Below, in pieces: positions 1 through 7,931 of a stretch of DNA of 52,396 nt (positions within the stretch are counted from its first letter, which is position 1; each line of letters begins with the position of its first letter). The notes beneath the pieces are model-generated. The model was not told where the DNA came from and did not search any database. It was given only the letters and a program-made list of their open reading frames with translations. This DNA is from Acetivibrionales bacterium (GTDB lineage Bacteria; Bacillota; Clostridia; DSM-8532). Both the position numbers and the translations under genes were made by a program. The stretch spans positions 1 to 52,396 of the forward strand of contig JBBRWP010000001.1 in assembly GCA_038249175.1 (NCBI GenBank), read 5' to 3'.

Positions 1-38
1 GAAAAGTCGTGTAACGACTTTCTGGGGGACAATCACAG
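1..38 (+). repeat. Family-B hairpin repeat copy (AAAGTCGT-GTA-ACGACTTT stem-loop plus CTGGGGGACAATCA tail), possibly cut by the window edge
   Basis: Nearly identical to 18959-18996 (GAAAAGTCGTGaAACGACTTTCTGGGGtACAATCA). Related hairpin plus AATCA tail at 16470-16499, 18821-18860 and 49128-49165. Confidence 0.7.
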
Positions 39-131
39 AACAGTTTTTCTTCTTTTGAATGAAATTCGGTTCTGTTTTTTTCCGCAATCAATAGTGCATC
101 CCTTCATCTTAAGGGGTTGAGAAGGATTACA

Positions 132-1241
132 ATGCTAAAGAGGGATAGAAAAATTTTTTTTCTACGACACAAGTGGTTTCTGGGATTAGTCCTGCTCATG
201 CTTACTCTGCTATTGGCCGGTTGCGGTAAGCAGGGGATGAGCAAATACACCTATGAATTTATGGGTTCTTTCGATACCCTCATTCAGTTTATGGGTTACG
301 CAGAAAGCGCAGAAGCCTTCGAGACGATGGCGCAGGAAGGGCAGACGGAGTTTGAAACTTTGAACCGGCTTTTTGACCGCTACCATGACTATGCTGGTAT
401 CAACAATATCAAAACTATCAACGATGCCGCAGGTGGTTCACCGGTGAAAGTTGATCAAGAGATCCTTGATCTTTTGCAACTATCAAAAAGGCTTTATGGG
501 GAAACCGGAGGTGTTTGCAACATTGCCATGGGTCCAGTCCTGTCGTTATGGCATGATGCCAGAACAGAGGGGTTGGATAATCCCGAAGCGGCTGTGCTGC
601 CGGACATGAAAAAGCTGCAGGATGCATCCCGCCTATGTGATATAGGCAACGTTCTGGTAGATGAGGCTGCCGGCACCGTTTTTCTAAAAGAGAAGGGAAT
701 GTCTTTGGATGTTGGGGCTGTAGCAAAAGGATATGCCTGCAAAATTGTGGCAGAATCACTCAAAGCAAAAGGCTATGATTCTTTTCTGATCAGTGGCGGT
801 GGCAACATTGTTGCCGTGGGATCACCCAAAGACGGTTTGCGTCCCAAGTGGGGCATTGGCATTCAGAACCCGGATGGCAATGCCTTAAATCCGGATGATC
901 CGCCACTGGACATTGCTTATGTATCGGATGAAGCAGTTGTCACATCCGGCGATTATCAGAGAACCTATGTTGTGCAGGGAAAAGCATATCACCATCTGAT
1001 TGACCCGAAAACGCTGATGCCGGCCACGTACTTTCGTGCGGTCACCGTGGTTTCCAAAGATTCCGGCCTTGCCGACTTTATGTCCACAACGTTATTTTTA
1101 CTGCCTTTGGAAGAGGGTAGACCGCTTGCAGCAGTCATGGGTGTCGATGTGCTCTGGATTTTACCGGATGACACACAAGTGGCAACAGAGGGTATGAAAA
1201 CCAAGCTGAAAAAACTTGGTGGTGCGGTCAATAAGTATTAG
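132..1241 (+). CDS. apbE: FAD:protein FMN transferase (ApbE family) lipoprotein
   Basis: Hydrophobic signal segment ending in lipobox LLAGC. ApbE-like motifs GAVAKGY, TSGDYQR, HHLIDPKT. ATG at 132 follows GAGAAGGA; the track ORF begins at an upstream TTG (117). Confidence 0.85.
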   Translation: MLKRDRKIFFLRHKWFLGLVLLMLTLLLAGCGKQGMSKYTYEFMGSFDTLIQFMGYAESAEAFETMAQEGQTEFETLNRLFDRYHDYAGINNIKTINDAAGGSPVKVDQEILDLLQLSKRLYGETGGVCNIAMGPVLSLWHDARTEGLDNPEAAVLPDMKKLQDASRLCDIGNVLVDEAAGTVFLKEKGMSLDVGAVAKGYACKIVAESLKAKGYDSFLISGGGNIVAVGSPKDGLRPKWGIGIQNPDGNALNPDDPPLDIAYVSDEAVVTSGDYQRTYVVQGKAYHHLIDPKTLMPATYFRAVTVVSKDSGLADFMSTTLFLLPLEEGRPLAAVMGVDVLWILPDDTQVATEGMKTKLKKLGGAVNKY

Positions 1242-1300
1242 CAGGCAGAGCAATCAATTCGCCCACCAAACTTGCGATTTTCTCATTTACTCATGGTTAA

Positions 1301-1398
1301 AATCTGAAAATGCGCAGCATTTTCAGCAGGTTTTGTGCAAACTCCACGAGGACGCATGGGGTATAAATCTGAAAGAAATGATTTTTTCAGAATTCACC
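1301..1398 (+). repeat. REP-A repeat: one full unit (perfect hairpin CTGAAAATGC-GCA-GCATTTTCAG at 1304-1326 plus about 40-nt tail) and a degenerate second hairpin
   Basis: Same unit recurs at 2145, 2602, 7643-7845, 15392-15597 and 23811-23880. Confidence 0.9.
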
Positions 1399-1477
1399 CA
1401 AAGCCCTTGAACATCTCATTTGCTCATGTTAGGATGAACAAAGTGAGATGTATTGTCTTTGCAATTCTTGGATAATT

Positions 1478-1565
1478 CCTGGACAAACCCTGAACAAACC
1501 CTGGACAAACCCTGGATAAACCCTGGACAAACCCTCGATAAACCCTGGACAAACCCTCGATAAAC
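1478..1565 (+). repeat. Eight tandem 11-bp units CCTGGACAAAC (variants CCTGAACAAAC, CCTGGATAAAC, CCTCGATAAAC)
   Basis: Direct reading. Exact 11-bp register over 88 bp, about 95 bp upstream of the hndA start. Confidence 0.9.
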
Positions 1566-1623
1566 CTTACTTTCTGCCATTGCTATTGTCGAAGTAAAAA
1601 ACGCAGTATTGGCAAACATCAAT

Positions 1624-1641
1624 TTGTTACGAAATTAACAA
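1624..1641. promoter_or_regulatory. Candidate Rex (redox-sensing repressor) operator TTGTTACGAAATTAACAA
   Basis: Matches the Clostridia-type Rex consensus TTGTTAANNNNTTAACAA at 13 of 14 specified positions. Palindromic half-sites, 19 nt upstream of the hndA ATG. Confidence 0.6.
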
Positions 1642-1659
1642 AGAAAGGCTGATGAAACG

Positions 1660-2142
1660 ATGTGTAAAAATGCATTGACCGATGAAATGTTCATCAAAAT
1701 CGACAAGTATGTAGACAGTCTGCCGGAAAAACGCGGTTCTCTGATTTCCGTGCTGCACAAAGCCCAAAGCATATTTGGCTACCTGCCGAAAGAAGTGCAG
1801 CTCCATGTGGCACGAAAGCTGGATTTGCCGGCATCCAAGGTCTACGGGGTGGTCACTTTTTACTCCTTCTTTACAGAAATACCCCGTGGAGAGCATGTTG
1901 TGAACGTCTGTATGGGCACTGCCTGTTTTGTGCGTGGTGCAGAAGCCATTTTAAGGGAAGTGGAATCCCGGCTGGAGATAAAATCGGGAGGGACAACGCT
2001 GGATGGTCAATTCAGTATCGACGCCCTGCGCTGTGTCGGTGCCTGCGGTTTGGCCCCTATCATCATGGTAGATGGCAAAGTATATGGCCGTGTCAAAGTG
2101 AATGAAGTGGCCAGCATTTTAAAAGAATATATGACCGTATAA
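1660..2142 (+). CDS. hndA: NuoE/HndA-like thioredoxin-fold [2Fe-2S] subunit of NAD(P)-linked [FeFe]-hydrogenase
   Basis: Cys pattern CMGTAC ... CVGACGLAP typical of the NuoE family. First gene of a four-gene cluster with NuoF-like and HydA genes. Confidence 0.85.
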   Translation: MCKNALTDEMFIKIDKYVDSLPEKRGSLISVLHKAQSIFGYLPKEVQLHVARKLDLPASKVYGVVTFYSFFTEIPRGEHVVNVCMGTACFVRGAEAILREVESRLEIKSGGTTLDGQFSIDALRCVGACGLAPIIMVDGKVYGRVKVNEVASILKEYMTV

Positions 2143-2144
2143 AA

Positions 2145-2167
2145 CAGAAAATGCGCAGCATTTTCAG
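2145..2167 (+). repeat. REP-A hairpin-only copy (CAGAAAATGC-GCA-GCATTTTCAG) in the hndA-hndB gap
   Basis: Starts 3 nt after the hndA stop codon. Confidence 0.85.
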
Positions 2168-2209
2168 CAAATCTTTAGTCAGCTCAAAACGAAAGGAAGG
2201 ACAATCAAT

Positions 2210-2599
2210 ATGGCGATTAAATCATTGGACGAATTAAAATCCCTGCGGGATAAGTTGAAAACAGATATCAATGTGCGGTCATCCGGAGAAATCGAGTCCA
2301 ATACCCGTGTCATTGTCGGCATGGCCACCTGCGGTATTGCGGCTGGGGCCAGACCGGTATTCGCCGCCATGGTGGATGAAGCCAGAATACTGGAAATGCA
2401 TAACGTAACTTTTATTCAATCAGGCTGTATGGGTGCCTGCCACAGTGAGCCAACGGTTGAAATCAGGTTTCCTGGTAAGGATCCCATTCTCTACGGCAAT
2501 GTCACAGCAGAACTGGGTAGAGAAATTATCCGTAAGCATGTCAGAGCAGGAGAACTTGTGCAAAACCTGATTATCGGACGGCCGTTCGAAACCGTATAA
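2210..2599 (+). CDS. hndB: Small [2Fe-2S] ferredoxin-like hydrogenase subunit (HndB-like)
   Basis: MATCGIAAGA ... GCMGACHSEP cysteine pairs. RBS AAGGAAGG. Position between the NuoE-like and NuoF-like genes. Confidence 0.75.
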   Translation: MAIKSLDELKSLRDKLKTDINVRSSGEIESNTRVIVGMATCGIAAGARPVFAAMVDEARILEMHNVTFIQSGCMGACHSEPTVEIRFPGKDPILYGNVTAELGREIIRKHVRAGELVQNLIIGRPFETV

Positions 2600-2601
2600 C
2601 T

Positions 2602-2624
2602 CTGAAAATGCGTAGCTTTTTCAG
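2602..2624 (+). repeat. REP-A hairpin-only copy (CTGAAAATGC-GTA-GCTTTTTCAG, one stem mismatch) in the hndB-hndC gap
   Basis: Starts 3 nt after the hndB stop codon. Confidence 0.8.
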
Positions 2625-2678
2625 CGAAACAGCGCTTGATTGAAATGAGAGTCTTATTTATATAGTGGAGGAGAGAAC

Positions 2679-4472
2679 ATGAGCACATATAGAATGCACC
2701 TGTTGGTATGCGGTGGTACCGGATGCCAGGCATCAGAGAGCAAGCAGCTGGTAGAAAACCTGCAGGCACAAGTACTCATGGCCGGTATGGGCAATGAAGT
2801 ACAGGTGGTCACCACAGGCTGTTTCGGCTTTTGCGAAAAAGGACCCATTGTAAAAGTGTTGCCTGATAATATCTTTTATGTTGAGGTGAAACCCGATGAC
2901 GCCGAAGAAATTGTGAATGAGCATGTGATGAAGGGGCGTCCGGTCAGTCGCCTGCTCTTCACAGAACCTTCCCGCAATGAAAAAATCAGTGAACATAAAG
3001 AAATGCCTTTTTACAAAAAACAAGTGCGCATTGCCCTGCGCAATTGCGGTTTTATTGATCCGGAGAATATTGATGAGTATATTTCCGTGGACGGTTATCA
3101 AGCACTGGGAAAAGTATTAACAGAAATGACACCGGAAGCACTCATCGTCTTAATGAAGAAGAGCGGTCTCCGTGGTCGTGGCGGCGGCGGATTCCCTACC
3201 GGATTGAAGTGGGAAGCGGCATCAAAAAATCAAGCTGATGTCAAATACATCGTTTGCAACGCCGATGAAGGCGATCCGGGCGCATTTATGGATCGTTCTA
3301 TTTTAGAAGGTGATCCACACACGGTGCTCGAAGCCATGGCCATCGCAGGGTATGCTACTGGTGCACGTTATGGTTATATCTATATTCGTGCAGAATATCC
3401 GCTGGCGGTTCACCGCCTGGAAGTGGCCATTGAACAAGCAATGGAAATGGGTCTTTTAGGGGAAAATATCTTCGGAACCGATTTTTCATTTGATATTGTC
3501 ATAAAATACGGTGCCGGAGCTTTTGTCTGCGGCGAGGAAACCGCTCTCATCCACTCCATTGAAGGCGAACGTGGTGAGCCCACCAACAAGCCACCCTTTC
3601 CTGCTGAAAGCGGTCTGTGGGGAAAACCCACGTCCGTGAATAATGTTGAGACCTTTGCCAATGTGCCGCCCATCATTTTAAACGGTGCAGAGTGGTTTGC
3701 ATCCATTGGTTCTGAGAAGAGTAAAGGCACGAAAGTTTTTGCCCTGGCTGGGAAAGTCAACAATGTCGGATTGGTTGAAGTGCCAATGGGGATTGCCCTC
3801 CGTGAAATTATTTTCGATATTGGTGGAGGCATCAAAGATGGGAAAAAGTATAAGGCGGTGCAGACCGGGGGACCGTCCGGAGGCTGTATTCCTGAGGCTG
3901 GTCTTGATACGCCGATAGATTATGAAAACTTAACACGCATCGGATCTATGATGGGTTCAGGCGGTATGATTGTGATGGATGAAGATGACTGCATGGTAAA
4001 TGTGGCAAAATTTTACCTGGAATTTACCTGTGATGAATCTTGTGGCAAATGCACCCCCTGCCGTGTCGGCAATAGAAGGTTGTATGAAACACTCACCCGA
4101 ATTACCGAGGGAAAGGGCACGATGGAAGACTTGGAAACGATGAAGGAATTGGGACCCATTATCAAGGACACTGCCTTGTGTGGTCTGGGTCAAACCTCAC
4201 CGAATCCGGTGCTTTCAACCATGAAGTATTTCTGGGACGAATATGTGGCCCATGTCGTGGATAAAAAATGCCCGGCAGGTGTCTGTACGGCGTTGTTGTC
4301 TTACTATATTCTCCCGGACAAGTGTATCGGCTGCACCGCCTGTAAGCGGGTTTGCCCGGTCAGCTGTATTTCCGGTGAAGTGAAGAAAATCCATGAAATT
4401 GACCAGAGCAGATGTATCAAATGTGGCGCTTGCCATACAGCTTGTAAGTTCAGTGCCATTGTAAAGAAGTAG
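2679..4472 (+). CDS. hndC: NuoF/HndC-like flavoprotein subunit (FMN/NAD(P)H site, N-terminal 2Fe-2S, C-terminal 2x[4Fe-4S])
   Basis: VCGGTGCQA..TGCFGFCEKGP; GRGGGGFPTGLKW; CGKCTPCR; CIGCTACKRVCP and CIKCGACHTACK. RBS GGAGGAG. Confidence 0.9.
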   Translation: MSTYRMHLLVCGGTGCQASESKQLVENLQAQVLMAGMGNEVQVVTTGCFGFCEKGPIVKVLPDNIFYVEVKPDDAEEIVNEHVMKGRPVSRLLFTEPSRNEKISEHKEMPFYKKQVRIALRNCGFIDPENIDEYISVDGYQALGKVLTEMTPEALIVLMKKSGLRGRGGGGFPTGLKWEAASKNQADVKYIVCNADEGDPGAFMDRSILEGDPHTVLEAMAIAGYATGARYGYIYIRAEYPLAVHRLEVAIEQAMEMGLLGENIFGTDFSFDIVIKYGAGAFVCGEETALIHSIEGERGEPTNKPPFPAESGLWGKPTSVNNVETFANVPPIILNGAEWFASIGSEKSKGTKVFALAGKVNNVGLVEVPMGIALREIIFDIGGGIKDGKKYKAVQTGGPSGGCIPEAGLDTPIDYENLTRIGSMMGSGGMIVMDEDDCMVNVAKFYLEFTCDESCGKCTPCRVGNRRLYETLTRITEGKGTMEDLETMKELGPIIKDTALCGLGQTSPNPVLSTMKYFWDEYVAHVVDKKCPAGVCTALLSYYILPDKCIGCTACKRVCPVSCISGEVKKIHEIDQSRCIKCGACHTACKFSAIVKK

Positions 4473-4483
4473 GAGGGAATGCC

Positions 4484-6229
4484 ATGAGATTGGTGACAAT
4501 ACATATCAATGATAAGGAGCTGACCGTTCCGGACCATTACACAATATTAGAGGCTGCCAAAGAAGCGAATGTGAATATCCCGACACTTTGTCATATGGAC
4601 TTGGGGGATTTAAAAGCCGTAAATCAGGTTGCCTCCTGCCGCGTGTGCATGGTGGAAGTGGCAGGACGCCGCAATTTGGCCCCTTCCTGTGCCACAAAAA
4701 TCACGGATGGCATGGTCATCCGGACAAATACACCCCGTGCGGTGAAGGCAAGAAGAACATCGGTGGAACTCTTGCTTTCGGACCATCCGTTTGAGTGCCT
4801 GATTTGTGAGAAAAACCAAAAATGTGACTTGCAAAAATTGGCGGCCGATTTAGGCGTACGCGGACAATTGAAGTATCAAGGGTCTATGTCCACTTACGAA
4901 AAAGACGTTTCCAGCAAATCCATTTACCGTAACCTCGACAAGTGTATTCTCTGCCGTCGTTGCGAAACCATGTGCAATGAAGTGCAGACGTGTGGTATTC
5001 TTTCTGCTGTCGGCCGCGGTTTTGAAACGGTTATTTCCCCTGCCTTCTCGCTGCCCATGAGCGAAACCATGTGTACTTTCTGTGGACAGTGCGTCGCGGT
5101 TTGTCCCACGGCTGCTTTAACAGAAATCAGTTGCATCCGTGAAGTCTGGGATGTCATTAATGATCCCGAAAAGTTTGTTGTGGTGCAAACCGCTCCGGCT
5201 GTTCGTGTTGCTTTGGGGGAAGAGTTCGGTATGGAACCTGGCACCATTGTTACGGGGAAAATGACTTCTGCCCTTCGCATGATGGGCTTTGACCGTGTTT
5301 TTGACACGGACTTTGGTGCCGATTTGACCATAATTGAAGAAGCCTCTGAATTCGTGCACCGTCTGCAACACGGAGGGCGTTTGCCAATCTTGACAAGTTG
5401 CTGTCCTGCGTGGGTCAAATTCTTTGAACATCAGTTCCAGGATTTGCTGGACATTCCGTCCACCTGCAAATCCCCGCATGAGATGTTCGGTGCAGTGGCC
5501 AAAACCTATTATGCCAAAAAATACAATATCGATCCAGCGAAAATGGTGGTGGTTTCTGTGATGCCTTGCTTGGCAAAGAAGTACGAGTCCGCCCGCCCGG
5601 AACTGACTGGCGAAGGGGTTTCAAACGTGGACTACGTTGTGACTACCCGTGAGCTGGGGATGATGATTCGCGAATCCGGCATCAACTTTGTGGACTTGGA
5701 AGACAGCCAGTTTGACAACCCGCTTGGGGAATCGACCGGCGCATCTGTCATCTTCGGTGCTACCGGCGGTGTTATTGAAGCAGCCCTGCGAACTGCTTAT
5801 GAATGGCTGACCGGAGAAACGTTGGAACAGGTAGAATTCCATGCACTGCGTGGTTTGGATGGCATTCGTGAAGCCACAGTAAAAGTGGGGGATTTGGAAG
5901 TAAAGATTGGTGTGGCGCATGGACTTGGCAATGCCAGAAAACTTCTGGAAGCCATTCGAAGCGGTGAAGCCAACTACCATGCCATTGAGATTATGGCTTG
6001 TCCCGGCGGATGCGTTGGTGGCGGGGGACAACCGTATCACCATGGTGATTCTGAAATTATAAAGAAACGTACCGAAGCCATTTATCGTGAAGATGCCGGG
6101 AAACAAAAACGCAAGTCACATGAAAACGAGCAGGTCATGACCTTATACAAAGAATTCCTCGGGGAATTCTATGGTGACAAAGCGCATGAATTGCTCCACA
6201 CGCACTACACGGCAAGAGAAAAAATATAG
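4484..6229 (+). CDS. hndD: [FeFe]-hydrogenase catalytic subunit (HydA/HndD type)
   Basis: N-terminal 2Fe-2S and 4Fe-4S motifs. Canonical H-cluster motifs TSCCPAW, MPCLAKKYE, EIMACPGGCVGGGGQP. Confidence 0.93.
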   Translation: MRLVTIHINDKELTVPDHYTILEAAKEANVNIPTLCHMDLGDLKAVNQVASCRVCMVEVAGRRNLAPSCATKITDGMVIRTNTPRAVKARRTSVELLLSDHPFECLICEKNQKCDLQKLAADLGVRGQLKYQGSMSTYEKDVSSKSIYRNLDKCILCRRCETMCNEVQTCGILSAVGRGFETVISPAFSLPMSETMCTFCGQCVAVCPTAALTEISCIREVWDVINDPEKFVVVQTAPAVRVALGEEFGMEPGTIVTGKMTSALRMMGFDRVFDTDFGADLTIIEEASEFVHRLQHGGRLPILTSCCPAWVKFFEHQFQDLLDIPSTCKSPHEMFGAVAKTYYAKKYNIDPAKMVVVSVMPCLAKKYESARPELTGEGVSNVDYVVTTRELGMMIRESGINFVDLEDSQFDNPLGESTGASVIFGATGGVIEAALRTAYEWLTGETLEQVEFHALRGLDGIREATVKVGDLEVKIGVAHGLGNARKLLEAIRSGEANYHAIEIMACPGGCVGGGGQPYHHGDSEIIKKRTEAIYREDAGKQKRKSHENEQVMTLYKEFLGEFYGDKAHELLHTHYTAREKI

Positions 6230-6293
6230 CGGTTTGTCTCGAACGAGCGTGGACAGCGAAACGGACCCCAAAGCCAAAAAATCTTGTTTTTAA

Positions 6294-6324
6294 AGGACGA
6301 TGCCCTTCGGGCATCGTCCTTTTG
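6294..6324. terminator. Intrinsic terminator between convergent hndD and the PHP phosphatase gene
   Basis: AGGACGATGCCC-TTCG-GGCATCGTCCT followed by TTTT. Confidence 0.8.
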
Positions 6325-6425
6325 CGTCCACAGATGATGGTGGTGAGGGTTGACCACAAGAAGAGTGATTTTTCATGTTGTGCTCGAGGAAAAGCGCAAT
6401 AAACCTGGAAGGTTTGATGCAATAA

Positions 6426-7271
6426 TTATCTGGTTTTCATCGTCTGAAGGGGGACATCCTGCCAAACACCACCCATCAAAACACGTTGTTTGGTGAACCC
6501 GATGGCCAAAAGTTTTGGACGGACTTCCATATAGGCAAAATCTACCTGTTGCGGGTTATGGACGTCGGAATTGAGCACAATTGAGATGCCAGCTTTTTGG
6601 ATCTCCTCCAATATCCACCATGATGGATAAGGATTGTCCATATAGCCACGGGCCATGCCCCCGGTATTTACTTCGATAATCACCTCTGAAAGAGAGGCAA
6701 CGTCAAGGGTTTTCATAATTTCCTCCTGGTACCAGGGTTCATCTTCATCGAAGAATTTACCATTGGCATTGTTCTTTCTAAAGACATCCATATGGGAAAG
6801 AATGCTTGGCGGCATCGTCATCATCATGTCGCGCAGGGTGCTGTAGTACGCTTCTCCAAACAGTTGAATATCCCCGTTGAAACCCTGTTCCAGAGAATCC
6901 TTGAATTCCTTCATGCTGCCATCCACCTGATGTACCGCATCCGTGACAGGGTTGATTAAAAAATGGACGCCGCCCAAGGTATATTGAATTCCCGGTACTG
7001 TTCTCCAATCGGTGCATCCCGGAAAATAATCTGCTTCCAGGCCGGTGTAGAGTTCTATTTGATCCGTATATTTTTCTTTGAGGCGCTGCGTTTCATGTAC
7101 GTACGCATACAAATCTGCTAAACGCATGTTCCAGTCGGTATCAAAGGGCAGAGGGGCATGGCTGGAAAAGCCGAAGGCTGAAAAACCTTTATCAATGGCG
7201 GAACGGACATATTCTTCCGGTTCCCCTTTACCGTCACAAAAACGGCTGTGGGAATGGTAATTTACAATCAA
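6426..7271 (-). CDS. PHP-family histidinol-phosphatase (HisJ/HisK type)
   Basis: N-terminal YHSHSRFCDG metal motif and about 280-aa length typical of PHP histidinol phosphatases. Confidence 0.75.
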   Translation of the reverse strand: MIVNYHSHSRFCDGKGEPEEYVRSAIDKGFSAFGFSSHAPLPFDTDWNMRLADLYAYVHETQRLKEKYTDQIELYTGLEADYFPGCTDWRTVPGIQYTLGGVHFLINPVTDAVHQVDGSMKEFKDSLEQGFNGDIQLFGEAYYSTLRDMMMTMPPSILSHMDVFRKNNANGKFFDEDEPWYQEEIMKTLDVASLSEVIIEVNTGGMARGYMDNPYPSWWILEEIQKAGISIVLNSDVHNPQQVDFAYMEVRPKLLAIGFTKQRVLMGGVWQDVPLQTMKTR

Positions 7272-7642
7272 TGTTTTATCCTCCGGCTAGGCAGATGTTC
7301 TATTTAGCGAATCAACGGCCTGTAAACCTTGTAACCTCAAAAATGTTGCTTTTTGTCGACGGCGCCTTTATTATACTGGTTCTGGTCCACGATGAAAAGG
7401 GGATGATCGCATTTTGGAGGAGAGAATTGGCGCAGATATGGAAATGGTTCTGTTCTTTTGCCTACACATTGTTATGACAAGGGAGGAGAACGCAATATAT
7501 TGAAAAAAAATGAAACTTTCTTGCATCCGTTTTCGCGCATATGATATGATGTTGCTGGCATAAAGTTTTTTGTTTTTGAAGGCAGGAAGAAGGAGCCTAC
7601 ATTTGGAGTGGTAGGGTTTTTCCCTGAAAAAACATGAGTTTA

Positions 7643-7845
7643 CAGATTTATACCCCATGCGTCCTCGGCGAGTTCGCACAAAACCTGCTGAAAATGCTCC
7701 GCATTTTCAGAGTTGTCCCCCATGCATCCTCGTCGCGTTCGCACAAAACCTGCTGAAAATGCTGCGCATTTTCAGGTTTTATACCCCATGCATCTCGTCG
7801 AGTTCGCATAAAAACCTGCTGAAAATGCTCCGCATTTTCAGATTG
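7643..7845 (-). repeat. Three head-to-tail REP-A units in reverse orientation (hairpins 7688-7710, 7753-7775, 7819-7841; period 65-66 bp)
   Basis: Reverse complement matches the 1301-1367 unit. Lies in the divergent region between the phosphatase gene and the LysM-protein gene. Confidence 0.9.
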
Positions 7846-7931
7846 TTCTGCTCCGAAGCAATGGACGTGTAATTTTTTCAGTAGCACAATGACATCCTTT
7901 TTCACAGAATAACGCAAAAGAGGAGAAAACG

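Noticed and set aside
7648-7917. ORFs 7648-7917 (-) and 7657-7872 (+), and likewise 1216-1410 (+)
   Set aside because: They are composed almost entirely of REP-A units. The same peptide words recur wherever the repeat occurs, in either orientation.
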